From positions 192,001 through 256,000 of the forward strand of contig MTLP01000042.1 in assembly GCA_002009975.1 (NCBI GenBank): a DNA stretch of 64,000 bases, read 5' to 3'. The stretch's first letter is position 1. Each line of letters opens with the position of its first letter. The stretch comes from Thermococcus sp. JdFR-02. GTDB lineage: Archaea > Methanobacteriota_B > Thermococci > Thermococcales > Thermococcaceae. Below the pieces are notes generated by a model. That model saw nothing but the letters and a program-made list of their open reading frames with translations, was not told the origin of the DNA and did not search any database. A program made the translations under genes and the position numbers. Positions 10,917 through 23,112 of this stretch are shown one piece after another.

Positions 10917-13900
10917 GGTCCTTGTTCTGGGCTCTGGAGCAATAAAAATTGGTGAAGCTGCTGAATTTGATTACAGTGGAAGTCAAGCTTTAAAGGCTTT
11001 AAAAGAAGAAGGCATAGAAACGATTTTAATTAATCCAAATGTCGCAACGATTCAAACGAGCCATGAGATGGCAGACAAAGTTTACCTCCTCCCTCTTGAT
11101 ATCAAATTTGTGGAGGAAGTTATAAAGAAAGAGAAACCTGATGGAATTTTGTTAGGCTTTGGAGGTCAAAGTGCTCTATCTTTGGGTGTAGCTTTACATG
11201 ACTCTGGAATTTTAGAAAAGTACAATATTAAAGTTCTTGGAACGCCTATAGAGGGAATAAAAAAAGCTCTGGATAGGGAGAAGTTTAGGGAAACAATGAT
11301 CAAAAATAATCTCCCAATACCTCCAAGTAAAGCCGCTAAAAGCGTTGAAGAAGCTCTAAAAGTGGCTCAGGAGATAAGGTTCCCAGTCATGGTTAGGGTT
11401 AGCTTTAACTTAGGTGGAAGGGGATCCTTTGTTGCTTGGAATGAAGAGGAGTTTAAGGGATATATAGTCAGGGCTTTTGCACAAAGTGAGATTGGTGAGG
11501 TTTTGGTAGAGAAGTACCTAAAAGGATGGAAAGAGATAGAGTTTGAGGTTGTTAGGGATAAAGATGGAAATGCTGTTGCTGTAGCGTGCTTAGAGAACTT
11601 TGATCCAATGGGAGTTCATACAGGAGATTCCATAGTTGTTGCTCCTTCTCAAACTTTAACAAATAGGGAATATCAACTCTTGAGGAGTGCAGCCATAGAA
11701 GTAGCAGAAGCTATAGATCTTATTGGAGAATGTAATGTTCAATTAGCCTTAGATCCCAAATCAGAGGAGTTCTACATAATTGAGACAAATCCAAGGATGA
11801 GCCGCTCATCTGCTTTAGCAAGCAAAGTTACAGGCTATCCCCTAGCATACATAGCGGCAAAGTTAGCATTAGGCTATACCCTGGATGAGCTCTTAAATGG
11901 GGTAACTGGAGTTACAACCGCTTTATTTGAGCCGAGCTTGGATTACGTTGTTGTTAAAATGCCAAGGTGGGATTTAGAAAAGTTTGAGAACGCGAAGAGG
12001 AAAATAAACACCGAGATGAAGAGCATTGGAGAGGTCATGGCAATAGGAAGGAACCTTCATGAGGCTTTTCAAAAAGCTATTAGGATGGTAGGAATTGGAG
12101 ATGAGCTTATAGGAAAGTACTATGAGAGCGAAGAGTCGTTGGAAAAAGTTATGGAGAGAATCAAAAATTACGAACCTTACATGCCTATGCATATTGCAAA
12201 AGCCCTGAAATTGGGAGCAAGTGTTGATGAGATTCACGAAATTACTGGGATAGACAAGTTTTACCTCTACATAATTGAAGATCTCGTTAAAATTGCAGAA
12301 GCCCTGAGAAATCCAGATGAAGAAACAATAAGAGAAGCCAAAAAGCTTGGATTTAGTGAGGAGCAGATAAAGGGTCTATCTAAAGATAGCATTAAAGAAT
12401 CAATCCCATTTGTCAAGCAAATAGATACATTGGCTGGGGAAGTTCCAGCAAGGACGAATTATCTATACATGACCTATGATGCACAAGAAAACGATATCCC
12501 CTATATAGAAAAGCCAAAGGTTCTGATTTTAGGAGCAGGTGTCTTTAGGATTGGGGTTAGTGTAGAGTTTGACTGGGCTGTCGTGAACTTTGCAAATGCT
12601 GCAAAAAAGAGGGGTTATGAAGTTATAGTTTTGAACTACAACCCTGAAACAGTCTCAACGGATTGGGATATTAACGATAAGCTTTATTTTGAGGAGATAA
12701 CTCTTGAGAGGGTTTTAGATGTTTACAATTTTGAAAATCCAGATGGTGTTATAGCCTTTGCGGGAGGACAGCTTGCAAATTCCTTAGCTAAAAAACTTGA
12801 GCAAAAGGGAGTTAAGCTTTTGGGAACGAGGGGAACGAGTGTAGATATAGCTGAAAACAGGGCTAAGTTCTCAAAGCTCTTAGAAAAGCTCAACATAAAG
12901 CAACCACCCTGGATCGAAGCTAAGAGCATTGGAGAAGTCTTAGCTTTTGCTGACGAAGTGGGTTATCCTTTAATGATAAGACCGAGCTATGTTTTGAGCG
13001 GAACTGCTATGAAAGTTGCATACAATGAGAAGGAATTAAAAGAGTATCTCTCCTTAGCAACAAAAGTCTCCCAAGAACACCCTGTTGTGGTTTCAAAGTT
13101 CTTAGATGCAATGGAAGCAGAGATAGATGCTGTCTCAGATGGAAAGAGGGTAGTTGGAGTTACATTGGAGCACATAGAAAAAGCGGGAGTTCATAGTGGA
13201 GATGCTACAATGGTTACTCCCTACCGCTATCTAAAAGAAAAGCATGTAAAAAAGATGCACAAAATAGCTTTAGAGCTTGCGTTGGCTTTAGGAATTAGGG
13301 GACCCTTTAACATACAATTCTTGGTTAATGATGATGTCTACGTTCTTGAGCTAAACTTGAGGACTAGTCGTTCTATGCCCTTCTCAAGCAAATCAAGGGG
13401 AGTTAACTTAATGGAGCTTTCAGCTCAAGCAGTCTTTGATGGAAAACTTTCCTTAGGAAGTGATTATAAATATTATGAGATTCCAGCAAAGGCTTTCGCT
13501 GTTAAGAGTCCTCAATTCTCTTGGTCTCAGCTTCAAAATGCTTATCCTTTCTTAGGACCAGAAATGCGCTCTACTGGGGAAGTTGCAAGCTTAGGATTTG
13601 AATTTGAGGATGCCCTATTAAAGAGCTGGCTCTCTGTAAAACCAAACAAAATGCCAAGGTCAAACATCTTAGTCTATGGCTATGACAAAGACGTACCAAC
13701 ATTATTGGAAACTGTAAAATTCCTTGAAAGCTTGGGATACAATGTCTTCACCTTAGAAGACAGCTTAAGCTATGGAAATGCTTTGAGCAAAGAAAAAGCT
13801 GTAGAACTGATGAAACTGGGCAAGATTGATCTAGTTATAACCTCTGGCTATGCAAAGGAGAAGGATTACTTTATTAGGAGGACAGCAGTTGATTTAAACG

Positions 13901-14052
13901 TTCCGATAGTCCTAGATGCAAATCTAGGTTACGAGCTTTCAAAAGCCTTTGCTTGGGCAAAAAAGAACTGTTTTGAGGTTAAAGAACTTTCTGAGTATTA
14001 CGGTCCAAAATTGCAAAGAGTCGTTAGCGAACCTTTAGAAGAGCTTGTTTGA
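10906..14052 (+). CDS. carB: Carbamoyl-phosphate synthase large subunit
   Basis: [17 protein letters not shown], duplicated ATP-grasp halves, NPRMSRSS, C-terminal MGS-like domain; SD GGTGAGG before ATG 10906. Confidence 0.97.
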   Translation: MVSKVLVLGSGAIKIGEAAEFDYSGSQALKALKEEGIETILINPNVATIQTSHEMADKVYLLPLDIKFVEEVIKKEKPDGILLGFGGQSALSLGVALHDSGILEKYNIKVLGTPIEGIKKALDREKFRETMIKNNLPIPPSKAAKSVEEALKVAQEIRFPVMVRVSFNLGGRGSFVAWNEEEFKGYIVRAFAQSEIGEVLVEKYLKGWKEIEFEVVRDKDGNAVAVACLENFDPMGVHTGDSIVVAPSQTLTNREYQLLRSAAIEVAEAIDLIGECNVQLALDPKSEEFYIIETNPRMSRSSALASKVTGYPLAYIAAKLALGYTLDELLNGVTGVTTALFEPSLDYVVVKMPRWDLEKFENAKRKINTEMKSIGEVMAIGRNLHEAFQKAIRMVGIGDELIGKYYESEESLEKVMERIKNYEPYMPMHIAKALKLGASVDEIHEITGIDKFYLYIIEDLVKIAEALRNPDEETIREAKKLGFSEEQIKGLSKDSIKESIPFVKQIDTLAGEVPARTNYLYMTYDAQENDIPYIEKPKVLILGAGVFRIGVSVEFDWAVVNFANAAKKRGYEVIVLNYNPETVSTDWDINDKLYFEEITLERVLDVYNFENPDGVIAFAGGQLANSLAKKLEQKGVKLLGTRGTSVDIAENRAKFSKLLEKLNIKQPPWIEAKSIGEVLAFADEVGYPLMIRPSYVLSGTAMKVAYNEKELKEYLSLATKVSQEHPVVVSKFLDAMEAEIDAVSDGKRVVGVTLEHIEKAGVHSGDATMVTPYRYLKEKHVKKMHKIALELALALGIRGPFNIQFLVNDDVYVLELNLRTSRSMPFSSKSRGVNLMELSAQAVFDGKLSLGSDYKYYEIPAKAFAVKSPQFSWSQLQNAYPFLGPEMRSTGEVASLGFEFEDALLKSWLSVKPNKMPRSNILVYGYDKDVPTLLETVKFLESLGYNVFTLEDSLSYGNALSKEKAVELMKLGKIDLVITSGYAKEKDYFIRRTAVDLNVPIVLDANLGYELSKAFAWAKKNCFEVKELSEYYGPKLQRVVSEPLEELV

Positions 14053-14248
14053 ATGACTCTTTGCATTTATCAAATTTTTCTTGCATCGTGAAAGCCCAGA
14101 TTAGAATGTACAAAAATTTTTTCGAAATAATTGCATGAAAACCGAAATATTATTTGCATTTAATAAAATTCAAGAAAAGCTTTTCGAAAAATAGCCAAAT
14201 TTTCCGAAAGATTTATATACTATTCCATAAATCTTAGATTGTCAAATC

Positions 14249-15361
14249 ATGGGGGTGGTATTATTAAGAGCCATACAACTTCTAGATTCAACATTGAGAG
14301 AAGGAGAACAATCACCAGGGGTTAACTTTAGTCCAGAGCAGAGATTAGGGATAGCGGTAGCTTTGGATGATTTTGGCGTTGATTTTATAGAAGTAGGACA
14401 CCCAGCAGTAAGTGAAGATGTCTTAGAAGGAATAAGACTGATTTCAGAGCAAGGTTTAAGGGCAAACCTCTTAGCACACTCAAGAGCATTAAGAAGGGAC
14501 ATCGATTTAATTTTGGATTTAAATGTGGATTGGGTTGGCATCTTCTTCTGCTTCTCAAATGCATGTCTCCAAAGGAGGTTTAGCATAACCCTTGAAAGAG
14601 CTTTGGAAAGAGTTGAAAATGCCATACTATACGCCAAGGATCATGGATTGAAAGTGCGCTTTACTCCTGAAGACACCACAAGAACAGAATGGGAAAACCT
14701 TGAAAGAGCTTTAAACCTTGCAAGAGAGCTTAAAGTCGATAGAGTAAGCATAGCAGACACAACTGGATCAGCCCATCCATTATATTTCTACGAGCTAACT
14801 AAAAGAGTTGTAAGCTTTGGCATTCCAACCAATGTGCACTGTCACAATGATTTGGGCTTGGCTTTAGCAAACGCAATAATGGGAATTGAAGCTGGAGCAA
14901 CATTAGTGGATGCAACTATAAATGGCATAGGAGAAAGAGTTGGAATAGTTGATCTAGCCCAAATTTCAACTCTCTTAACTTATCATTATGGGATTAGAAA
15001 ATATAAATTAGAGAACCTCTATGGACTGAGCAAACTGATAGAACAGATAACGGGAATAAAAACCCAAAGACACTACCCAATAGTTGGAGAAAATGCATTT
15101 GTTCACAAAGCTGGCTTACACGTTTCAGCCGTGATAAAAGATCCAAGCTTTTACGAATTTTTACCAGCAGAAGTTTTTGGACGAGAGAGGACAATCTATT
15201 TAGACAAATATGCAGGAAGGGATTCAATACGCTTTTACTTAGAAAGAATGGGAATTAGGGATGACAGAATCGCTGAGAGATTACTTAGCATTGTAAAAAG
15301 CTCTCAAGAAGTTTTTACACCAGAGAGGCTTCTTGAAGAGGCAAGGAGGTTCTTAAGATGA
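14249..15361 (+). CDS. Homocitrate synthase (DRE-TIM family)
   Basis: [21 protein letters not shown] and HKAGLH motifs; heads the alpha-aminoadipate lysine cluster. Confidence 0.9.
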   Translation: MGVVLLRAIQLLDSTLREGEQSPGVNFSPEQRLGIAVALDDFGVDFIEVGHPAVSEDVLEGIRLISEQGLRANLLAHSRALRRDIDLILDLNVDWVGIFFCFSNACLQRRFSITLERALERVENAILYAKDHGLKVRFTPEDTTRTEWENLERALNLARELKVDRVSIADTTGSAHPLYFYELTKRVVSFGIPTNVHCHNDLGLALANAIMGIEAGATLVDATINGIGERVGIVDLAQISTLLTYHYGIRKYKLENLYGLSKLIEQITGIKTQRHYPIVGENAFVHKAGLHVSAVIKDPSFYEFLPAEVFGRERTIYLDKYAGRDSIRFYLERMGIRDDRIAERLLSIVKSSQEVFTPERLLEEARRFLR

Positions 15362-16512
15362 CGATTATTGAAGAAATTCTAAAGGCAAAAACAGGAGAGG
15401 CAGTAATCAGAAATGTTGATTTAATTTATGCCCACGATGGAACAATGCCCCTAATCATAGAAGCATTTAGAAGGGTTTTTACACGAGTGAAGGATCCAGA
15501 GAGGGTTTTTATATTCTTTGATCATGTTTATCCAGCACCAACAGTTAAAGTGGCAAATCTCCAAAGAGAGATTAGAGAATTTGCAAGAGAGCAGGGAATT
15601 AAAATCTTTGAGGGTTATGGAATATCACACCAAGTTGTTCCAGAAGAAGGACTTTTGGATGGAGCAAAAATAATAGTTGGAGCTGATTCTCATACACCAA
15701 CCTTAGGAGCATTTGGGGTCTTTGCTGTAGGAATGGGTGCAACCGATACCGCTATAGCGTTAGGCTTAGGTAAAACTTGGCTTAAAGTCCCAGAAAGCGT
15801 TAGAGTGAATCTTGAAGGAAAGCTAAGCAAAAATGTAATGGCAATGGATTTAATGCTCCACTTAATTAACTTACTGAAAGACTTTGACATGAATTATAAA
15901 GCCTTAGAGTTCTTTGGAAACCTTGATTTCCCAATTGATGAAAAAATGACGATAGCAAATTTCAGCGTTGAGACAAATGCAAAAACTGCTCTTTTAGACA
16001 ATGGAATCTTTGAAGGCGATGGAAATTATCTGAGAGAAATCACAATAGAGCTTGGTGAAGTTGAGCCCCTTGTTGCTTTACCTCATCATCCAAGCAACGT
16101 TGAAAGAGCTGAAGGAGTTACTCAAAAAATTGACCAAGTCTTCATAGGTTCATGCACAAATGGGAGAATTGAACACTTTAGACGAGTGGCGGAGATTCTT
16201 GAAGGCGAAAAAGTTAGCGTTAGAACGTTTATTGGACCTGCATCAAGGAGAATTTACTTCAAAATGATTGAGGAAGGCATAGTTCAAATACTAAGTGAAG
16301 CTGGTGCAGTTATTTTGCCTCCAGGATGTGGACCTTGCTTAGGCAGACATATGGGAGTAGCTGGGGATGGAGAAGTAATTCTAAGCACCACCAATAGAAA
16401 CTTCAAAGGAAGAATGGGTTCTCCAAACGCTGAAATTTACCTTGCCAGCCCTGTTACTGCAGCGGTGAGTGCAATTTATGGAGAGATAACAAATCCGGAG
16501 GATGTGCTATGA
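15358..16512 (+). CDS. lysT: Homoaconitase large subunit
   Basis: [19 protein letters not shown] and NRNFKGRMG motifs; lys context. Confidence 0.88.
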   Translation: MTIIEEILKAKTGEAVIRNVDLIYAHDGTMPLIIEAFRRVFTRVKDPERVFIFFDHVYPAPTVKVANLQREIREFAREQGIKIFEGYGISHQVVPEEGLLDGAKIIVGADSHTPTLGAFGVFAVGMGATDTAIALGLGKTWLKVPESVRVNLEGKLSKNVMAMDLMLHLINLLKDFDMNYKALEFFGNLDFPIDEKMTIANFSVETNAKTALLDNGIFEGDGNYLREITIELGEVEPLVALPHHPSNVERAEGVTQKIDQVFIGSCTNGRIEHFRRVAEILEGEKVSVRTFIGPASRRIYFKMIEEGIVQILSEAGAVILPPGCGPCLGRHMGVAGDGEVILSTTNRNFKGRMGSPNAEIYLASPVTAAVSAIYGEITNPEDVL

Positions 16513-16988
16513 GGGTGTGGAAATTTGGGGATAGCATTTCAACTGATGCAATAACCCCTGGGAGATATAATTTAACAAAAGATCCGCAAGAGCTTGCAAA
16601 AATAGCATTCATAGAGGTTAGACCAGAGTTCTCAAGGGAAGTAAAGAGGAGAGACGTTATTGTAGGTGGAAAAAACTTTGGGATAGGCTCTTCAAGGGAA
16701 TCAGCTGCTTTAGCATTAAAAGCCGCTGGGATTAGTGGAATAATAGCGAAATCCTTTGGGAGAATATTCTACCGCAACTGTATCAACTTGGGTATTCCCC
16801 TCCTAACTGGCGACACGGATTGGCTGAATGATGGTGATGAGATAGAAGTAGACTGGCAAAGTGGAATAGTTAGAAGAGGAAAAGAGATAAGACAATTCGA
16901 GCCTTTGGAAGAATTTCTCTTTGAGATAGTCAAAAATGGCGGAATAATAGAGTATCTACAGAGGAGGGGCGATTTATGTATAGAGTAG
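16509..16988 (+). CDS. lysU: Homoaconitase small subunit
   Basis: [17 protein letters not shown] and SFGRIFYRN motifs. Confidence 0.88.
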   Translation: MRVWKFGDSISTDAITPGRYNLTKDPQELAKIAFIEVRPEFSREVKRRDVIVGGKNFGIGSSRESAALALKAAGISGIIAKSFGRIFYRNCINLGIPLLTGDTDWLNDGDEIEVDWQSGIVRRGKEIRQFEPLEEFLFEIVKNGGIIEYLQRRGDLCIE

Positions 16989-18025
16989 CAGTGATTAAGG
17001 GAGATGGCATTGGAGTTGAAGTTACAAATGCTGCAATGGAAGTCATGAGAGCTGTAACGGACAAAATAGATTTCGTTGAGTTTGAGGGAGGAATTGAGAT
17101 ATTCAAGAAGTTTGGTGTTCCAATAAAAGAGGAGGATTTGGAAGAGATAAAGAAGATGGATGCAGTTTTATTTGGAGCAACGTCAACACCTTTTAATGTT
17201 CCAAACTACAAAAGCTTGATCCTAACTTTGAGAAAAGAGCTTAACCTTTACGCTAATTTAAGAATTATTCCAGACCTTTGGAGAGATAGGGAAATCTACA
17301 TAGTAAGGGAAAATAGTGAAGGGCTATACTCTGGGGAGTATGAGGTTGATAATAGCAGAGTTGTTGATTTCAGGGTAATAACGAGGGAAGGAGCAGAGAA
17401 AATAGCAAGATTTGCAATAGAATTAGCAAAAGACAGGAACTTTAAAGAAATTACTTTTGTTCACAAAGCAAACGTTTTGAGAGGTGATAGATTTTTCAGA
17501 AAAATCGTTTTGAGCTTGGCAGAAAGAGAGGGGATTAAAGTTAATGAGAAAATTGTTGATTCCTTTACTATAGAACTTGTCAGAAATCCTTGGCAGCACA
17601 AAATAATACTAAGCGAGAATCTTTTTGGTGATATCCTCTCAGATTTAGCTTCAATACATGCAAAGAGCATTGGGGTTATTCCATCAGGGAACTACGGAGA
17701 GGAAATAGCTTTATTTGAGCCTATACACGGGAGTGCGCCAGACATAGCTGGGAAAGGAATAGCAAATCCAATTGGAGCTATTTTGAGCGGTGCTATGCTC
17801 TTAGATTATTTGGGTTTAGATGGTTGGGTAATTTGGAATGCTGTCAAAAATTATGTGAAAAAAGGCAATTTAACACCTGATTTGGGGGGAAATGCAATGA
17901 CTGTGGATGTTGTAAATGGAATAATCTCAGAAATTGATGATCAAGAGATTGATCCCATAGAATGGGATGAGCTCTGGGTTGATGAGATAAGAATCAACAC
18001 CCTTCCAACTTTATTCATGAAATAA
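16976..18025 (+). CDS. Homoisocitrate dehydrogenase (beta-decarboxylating dehydrogenase family)
   Basis: [25 protein letters not shown] and [12 protein letters not shown] motifs; lys context. Confidence 0.9.
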   Translation: MYRVAVIKGDGIGVEVTNAAMEVMRAVTDKIDFVEFEGGIEIFKKFGVPIKEEDLEEIKKMDAVLFGATSTPFNVPNYKSLILTLRKELNLYANLRIIPDLWRDREIYIVRENSEGLYSGEYEVDNSRVVDFRVITREGAEKIARFAIELAKDRNFKEITFVHKANVLRGDRFFRKIVLSLAEREGIKVNEKIVDSFTIELVRNPWQHKIILSENLFGDILSDLASIHAKSIGVIPSGNYGEEIALFEPIHGSAPDIAGKGIANPIGAILSGAMLLDYLGLDGWVIWNAVKNYVKKGNLTPDLGGNAMTVDVVNGIISEIDDQEIDPIEWDELWVDEIRINTLPTLFMK

Positions 18026-18086
18026 TGTTATATTTGGCACAAAATTTAGAAATTTAAAATTAAATGTTACAAAAAAGATTTAAATC
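18026..18086 (+). promoter_or_regulatory. Internal lysW promoter with operator-like motif
   Basis: TGTTATATTTGGCACA (18026-18041), a half-site AAATGTTACA ending at 18071, and TATA-like TTTAAAT (~18079-18085). Confidence 0.55.
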
Positions 18087-18133
18087 TTCCAAATGTCATG
18101 CGGATTGGAAACATAAAGAATGGAGGTGGAAAG

Positions 18134-18295
18134 ATGGTTGAATGCCCAGTTTGTGGAGTTGAAATAGAAATCGATAGTGTAGAGATACATGAGATAATTG
18201 AGTGCCCTGTCTGCAGTTCAGAGCTCGAAGTGGTTAGCTTAAACCCAATAGTCCTTGAAGAGCTCCCTGAGGTGGAAGAAGACTGGGGAGAGTGA
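18134..18295 (+). CDS. lysW: Amino-group carrier protein LysW
   Basis: Two CPVC zinc knuckles and C-terminal EEDWGE; SD GGAGGTG before ATG 18134. Confidence 0.97.
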   Translation: MVECPVCGVEIEIDSVEIHEIIECPVCSSELEVVSLNPIVLEELPEVEEDWGE

Positions 18296-18296
18296 C

Positions 18297-18325
18297 GTTC
18301 TCAATATATTGAGAACTTTATTTTT
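18297..18325 (+). terminator. Perfect 20-bp palindrome plus T-rich tract after lysW
   Basis: GTTCTCAATATATTGAGAAC (18297-18316) followed by TTTATTTTT. Confidence 0.55.
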
Positions 18326-18342
18326 ACCTTGGAGGTCAAACA

Positions 18343-19164
18343 ATGAAAATAGGCATAACATACACAATAATGCGCAAAGAGGAGATAATGCTCAGAGATA
18401 GGGCAAAGGAGTTTGGGGAAGTGGTTATGCTCCATGATAGTGAAACAATCTTTCCAGAAAACTTTGACTTAGACATCGTGATAATAAGAAACGTTAGCCA
18501 CTTCAAAGCCCTATATATGGCAAAGCTCTTTGAAAGCTATGGAATTCCAACGGTTAATCCATTCAATATAATCCTTGAAGCAGGCGATAAGCTTTTCGCA
18601 ACGCTAAAACTTAGCAAGAAAGTTCCAGTGCCAAGATGGAGCGCTGCATTTGATAAGAAAAGTGCAATAAAAGCAATGGAAAGAATTGGCTATCCCGTGG
18701 TTATGAAGCCTGTCTTTGGAAGCTGGGGAAGAATGGTTAGCAAAATAAACGATTTGGATGCAGCTGAAGGAATTGTGGAGCATAGACAATGGATGGGAAA
18801 TCCTCTTTACAAGGTTTACTACATCCAAGAATACGTTGAAAAACCTGGCAGAGATATTAGAAGCCACGTTATTGGAGGAGAATTTGTAACTGCTATTTAT
18901 AGGTATTCCGACCATTGGGTAACCAATACTGCAAGGGGAGGAAGGGCAAAACCTTGCTATGATGAAGAAGTCAAAGAAATTTCAGTTAAGGCATGGGAAG
19001 CTTTTGGCGAGGGGGCTTTGGCAATAGACATATTTGAGAGCGATAGAGGATTGCTCGTTAATGAAGTTAACCCTGCTATGGAGTTCAAAAACGTAGTAAG
19101 GGTTACCGGTGTTGATGTGGCTAAAAAAATCGTTGAATATGCTATTGAGGTGGCTAAGAAATGA
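18343..19164 (+). CDS. lysX: LysW ligase (LysX/ArgX ATP-grasp)
   Basis: KPVFGSWGR, QEYVEKPGRDIR, WVTNTARG and NEVN..MEF motifs. Confidence 0.95.
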   Translation: MKIGITYTIMRKEEIMLRDRAKEFGEVVMLHDSETIFPENFDLDIVIIRNVSHFKALYMAKLFESYGIPTVNPFNIILEAGDKLFATLKLSKKVPVPRWSAAFDKKSAIKAMERIGYPVVMKPVFGSWGRMVSKINDLDAAEGIVEHRQWMGNPLYKVYYIQEYVEKPGRDIRSHVIGGEFVTAIYRYSDHWVTNTARGGRAKPCYDEEVKEISVKAWEAFGEGALAIDIFESDRGLLVNEVNPAMEFKNVVRVTGVDVAKKIVEYAIEVAKK

Positions 19165-20153
19165 TAAAAGCAGCTGTTGTTGGTGCAAGCGGCTACATTG
19201 GAGGAGAGTTAGTTAGACTCTTAGCAATGCATCCCGAAGTTGAGATAAGTGCGGTAACATCAAGGCGTTACAATGGGAAGAAAATCCACAAAGTTCATCC
19301 AAATTTAAGGGGACTAAACCTTAAGTTTACCAATAACTACAACTTTGATGCGGATGTAGTATTTTTAGCCGTTCCACACGGAACTTCGATGAAGATAATT
19401 GACGAATACATGGGAAGTGCTAAGATAATTGACCTAAGTGCAGACTTTAGAGTAAGCTTAAACCTCTATGAAGAGTACTATGGAGAACATTTAAAACCAG
19501 AGCTTATAGATGAGTTCGTTTACGGCTTGCCAGAGATTCATAGAGAAGAAATCAAAAAAGCCGAGCTTATAGCAAACCCTGGCTGCAATGCAACAGCCGT
19601 AATTTTAGCATTGTATCCATTTAAAGGGGAAATTAGTGAGGCGATAGTGGATTTAAAAGTTAGCTCAAGTGCTGGAGGAAGAAGGGAAAACGTAGCAAGC
19701 ATTCACCCCGAAAGGAGCAATGTTGTTAGAATTTACAAATCATTCCATCATAGGCACGAAGCAGAAGTAAAGCAAGAAACCAAAGTTAATGCCCAATTTA
19801 CTGTTCATTCCGTTGATTTAGTAAGGGGGCTTTTAGCAACGATCTACTTTAAGATGGAGACCAATGAAAAAGAGCTTTATAAAAAATATTTCCTCTATTT
19901 AAAAGAGCCATTTGTAAGGATAGTTAAGGAAAAAGGAGGAATGCAGAGGTTACCCGATCCAAAATATGTAATAGGAAGTAACTTCGTTGATATTGGTTTC
20001 ACTTATGATGAGAAAAATCAAAGAGTGATTCTCTTTTCAGCATTGGACAATTTGATTAAAGGCGGTGCTGGACAAGCGGTGCAAAACATGAACATAGCCT
20101 TTGGATTAGACGAAACTCTCGGCTTAAATTATTTACCAGTTTATCCAATTTAG
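19161..20153 (+). CDS. lysY: LysW-aminoadipate/glutamate phosphate reductase (ArgC-like)
   Basis: GASGYIG, DLSADFR, ANPGC and DNLIKGGAGQAVQ motifs. Confidence 0.95.
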   Translation: MIKAAVVGASGYIGGELVRLLAMHPEVEISAVTSRRYNGKKIHKVHPNLRGLNLKFTNNYNFDADVVFLAVPHGTSMKIIDEYMGSAKIIDLSADFRVSLNLYEEYYGEHLKPELIDEFVYGLPEIHREEIKKAELIANPGCNATAVILALYPFKGEISEAIVDLKVSSSAGGRRENVASIHPERSNVVRIYKSFHHRHEAEVKQETKVNAQFTVHSVDLVRGLLATIYFKMETNEKELYKKYFLYLKEPFVRIVKEKGGMQRLPDPKYVIGSNFVDIGFTYDEKNQRVILFSALDNLIKGGAGQAVQNMNIAFGLDETLGLNYLPVYPI

Positions 20154-20162
20154 GTGGGAAAG

Positions 20163-20885
20163 ATGAGAATCCTTAAAATCGGAGGAAGCGTTTTAGATAA
20201 ACTCGAGGAATTTGAACTTAGAGCAGATTTAATTGTTCACGGTGGCTCGGATTATGTTGATGCTCTATGTGAAAGGCTTGGAATTGGGGTTAAGAAACTA
20301 ACAAGCCCTTCTGGAGTAGAGTTTAGATACACTCCAAAGGAAGTGCTTGAAGTTTATTTAATGGCTGTAATGAAAGCCAACAAAGATATTGTTGCTTATC
20401 TTCAAAGTAAAGGGATCAATGCTATAGGCTTGAGCGGTCTCGACTTTGGAGTTGTAAAGGCTAAGAGGAAGAGGATAATTAAAGCTGTGATAAAAGGCAA
20501 AAGAGTTGTGATTAGGGACGATTACTCTGGAAAAATAGAGAGCGTTGATACTGATATTCTAATTAAGCTAATGGATCTTGGAGTTCCCGTTATAGCTCCA
20601 ATAGCTATGAGTGAAGCCTTTGAGCCCTTAAACGTTGATGGGGATAAGCTTGCAAAGGAGATAGCTCTAAACCTGAAAGCTGATGAGTTGACATTCCTAT
20701 CAGATACTGCTTTTTTGGTAAATGGAGGAGTTGTGGATAAAATAAAGGCTGATGAGCTTGAAGAGTTCCTTCCTTTTGCAAGAGGCGGAATGAAGAGGAA
20801 ACTGCTAATGGCAAGGACTGCACTTGAAGGTGGCGTCAAAAAGATTATCATCCAAGGCTTAAACGGCAGGACGGTGATTGAATGA
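20163..20885 (+). CDS. lysZ: LysW-aminoadipate/glutamate kinase (ArgB-like)
   Basis: KIGGS, VHGG, LNVDGD and GGMKRK motifs. Confidence 0.93.
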   Translation: MRILKIGGSVLDKLEEFELRADLIVHGGSDYVDALCERLGIGVKKLTSPSGVEFRYTPKEVLEVYLMAVMKANKDIVAYLQSKGINAIGLSGLDFGVVKAKRKRIIKAVIKGKRVVIRDDYSGKIESVDTDILIKLMDLGVPVIAPIAMSEAFEPLNVDGDKLAKEIALNLKADELTFLSDTAFLVNGGVVDKIKADELEEFLPFARGGMKRKLLMARTALEGGVKKIIIQGLNGRTVIE

Positions 20886-21973
20886 GGGAGATGAATCTTT
20901 ACAAGAAAAGACTAAAGCTCGTTAGAGGAAAAGGCGTTTATGTTTGGGATGAAAATGGGAACAAATACCTTGATGCCATAGCTGGAATTGGCGTGGCTAT
21001 ATTGGGGCACTCAAATGAAGAGTTAGCAAGTGCAATAAATGAGCAAATGGAAAAGCTTGTAGTTGCTGGTCCTATGTTCCATCATGAGGAGAAAGATGAA
21101 GCCTTAGAGGAACTTTCCAAATTCCTCAGCTTTGAATATGCTTATTTTGGAAATTCCGGGACTGAGGCTGTTGAAGCAGCTTTAAAATTTGCCCGCCTTT
21201 ATACCGGCAAAAAAGAGATAATAGCGATGACAAAAGCCTTTCATGGGAGAACCTTTGGTTCTCTAAGCGCAACTTGGAAGAAAAAATATAGGGAAGGTTT
21301 TGAGCCTTTAGTTCCTGGATTTAAGCATATTCCATTCAATAACATTGAGGTTGCAAAAGAGGCTATAACCAAAGAAACTGCCGCTGTAATAGTTGAGCCA
21401 ATTCAAGGAGAAGGTGGAATAATCCCTGCAAAAGAGGAGTTTATCAAAACTTTAAGGGATTTAACCCAAGATAACGGGGCTTTGCTAATAGTTGATGAGG
21501 TTCAAAGCGCCTTTAGAAGTGGAAAGTTTCTGGCAATAGAGCACTACAAAGTTCAGCCCGATATAGTTACAATGGGCAAAGGGTTAGCAAATGGAATTCC
21601 AATTGGACTAACGCTAACCAACTTCGACATCCCGAGAGGAAAGCACGGTTCAACTTTTGGAGGAAATCCCCTTGCTTGCAAAGCTATGGCAACGACATTG
21701 AAGATCTTAAGGAGAGAAAAGCTCATAGAAAAAGCTAAAGAAAAGGGCATAAGTATAGAAGGGGACAAAGTAATAATGACGAGAGGTAAAGGACTAATGC
21801 TTGGAGTTCTTTTGAAAGAGAATGCTGGGAAATATGTAGAAAAGCTTCAAGAGAGAGGATTATTGGTAAATACAGCTGGGAATAGAGTGATTAGGCTTTT
21901 ACCTCCACTGATAATTACAAAGGAGCAGATGCTTTGGGTCAAGGAAACTATTGAAGGTGTCCTTAATGGTTAG
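20882..21973 (+). CDS. lysJ: LysW-lysine/ornithine aminotransferase (class III)
   Basis: [26 protein letters not shown] and HGSTFGGNP motifs. Confidence 0.93.
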   Translation: MREMNLYKKRLKLVRGKGVYVWDENGNKYLDAIAGIGVAILGHSNEELASAINEQMEKLVVAGPMFHHEEKDEALEELSKFLSFEYAYFGNSGTEAVEAALKFARLYTGKKEIIAMTKAFHGRTFGSLSATWKKKYREGFEPLVPGFKHIPFNNIEVAKEAITKETAAVIVEPIQGEGGIIPAKEEFIKTLRDLTQDNGALLIVDEVQSAFRSGKFLAIEHYKVQPDIVTMGKGLANGIPIGLTLTNFDIPRGKHGSTFGGNPLACKAMATTLKILRREKLIEKAKEKGISIEGDKVIMTRGKGLMLGVLLKENAGKYVEKLQERGLLVNTAGNRVIRLLPPLIITKEQMLWVKETIEGVLNG

Positions 21974-22961
21974 CGAAGAGGAAAAAATTGAGTTTTTGAA
22001 AGAGTTGGTTAACATTTACAGTCCAAGCGGTAAAGAAGAAAAAGTAGCCAAGTTTTTAGTTGAAAGTTTTGAAAGCTTTGGAGCTAAGGCATACATTGAT
22101 AAAGTGGGAAATGTTATAGCAGAAAAGAAAGGAAAAGGGAATAAAATCCTTTTAGCCGGGCATATGGACACTGTTGAAGGAATAATTCCCGTTAGGATCG
22201 AAAATAACTATTTATGGGGAAGAGGTAGCGTTGATGCTAAAGGTCCTTTAGCGGCTCTCTTTTTTGCATTCATTGAAAGTAAGGCAAATTTAATTTTTGC
22301 ATCACTTGTCGATGAAGAAGGATTTTCAAAAGGTGCTAAAAATTTGAATGTTCCAAAGCCAGATTTTATAATAATTGGAGAGCCAAGCGGCTTTGATGGA
22401 GTTACAATCGCTTATAAGGGAAGTTTAACGATGAAGTTTGTGGAAAAAGTTGAGAAGTTTCATGGGAGTTTAAACTCAAAAGGCGCTGCAGAAAAGCTAA
22501 TTGAAAAATGGCTCAAGATAAGCAGAAATTTTGGTGAAGGCTTTGATAAGCCAAGTGGCAGGATTTTGAGATTTGAAGCTTATGAGAGAGATTTTGACTT
22601 TTACGGGGAGATGATAGTTAATATTAGAACACCTATTGGCTATGAACCACCGATTGAAGGAGAAATTTTAGATTTTGTTCCCGCTTATGAAGTATCTATA
22701 AAAAGCCCATTGGTTAGGGCTTTTATTAGGGCTATAAGAAAAGGTGGTGCAAAGCCAAGGCTTAAAAAGAAGAGTGGAACAGCGGATATGAACATCTTGG
22801 CTCCTAAATTTGGGGTCGATGCAGTAGCTTATGGTCCAGGCGATTCCAAGTTAGACCATACTCCCTATGAACGCTTAAACTTGGAAGAATATTTGAAAGC
22901 AATAGAAGTGTTAAAAGCGGCTTTGGAGGAAATTAAAATCTTACAACCCCCTAAAGATTGA
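21966..22961 (+). CDS. lysK: LysW-lysine/ornithine carboxypeptidase (M20)
   Basis: [22 protein letters not shown] and [10 protein letters not shown] motifs. Confidence 0.93.
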   Translation: MVSEEEKIEFLKELVNIYSPSGKEEKVAKFLVESFESFGAKAYIDKVGNVIAEKKGKGNKILLAGHMDTVEGIIPVRIENNYLWGRGSVDAKGPLAALFFAFIESKANLIFASLVDEEGFSKGAKNLNVPKPDFIIIGEPSGFDGVTIAYKGSLTMKFVEKVEKFHGSLNSKGAAEKLIEKWLKISRNFGEGFDKPSGRILRFEAYERDFDFYGEMIVNIRTPIGYEPPIEGEILDFVPAYEVSIKSPLVRAFIRAIRKGGAKPRLKKKSGTADMNILAPKFGVDAVAYGPGDSKLDHTPYERLNLEEYLKAIEVLKAALEEIKILQPPKD

Positions 22962-23059
22962 TATAAAGCACTTAATTAGCTTTACAGAGGTCGTTAAGGA
23001 TATTTATTTTTTATGAATGAGAAAGCGCTGAGAATTTACTGATAAACTTGAAGAAAGAT

Positions 23060-23112
23060 ATGTGATTATAAACCACAAGATTTTTATAAAAGTTTGTGGA
23101 TAATAATCACAT
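23060..23112 (+). promoter_or_regulatory. 19-bp inverted repeat bracketing the TATA box of the ATPase gene
   Basis: ATGTGATTATAAACCACAA (23060-23078) and TTGTGGATAATAATCACAT (23094-23112), 2 mismatches, with TTTTTATAAAA between them. Confidence 0.65.

Noticed and set aside
14135-14194. Short ORF MKTEILFAFNKIQEKLFEK upstream of homocitrate synthase as a Lys leader peptide
   Set aside because: The Lys codons are scattered, as expected in AT-rich DNA. It has no SD and lies upstream of the TATA box (~14212).
18098-18133. N-terminal extension of LysW in the ORF track
   Set aside because: The SD GGAGGTG lies inside it and points to ATG 18134, which gives a normal-length LysW.
23014-23043. ATGAATGA...CTGA...CTGA as a box C/D RNA
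   Set aside because: The spacing is too short, and there is no C' box or terminal stem.
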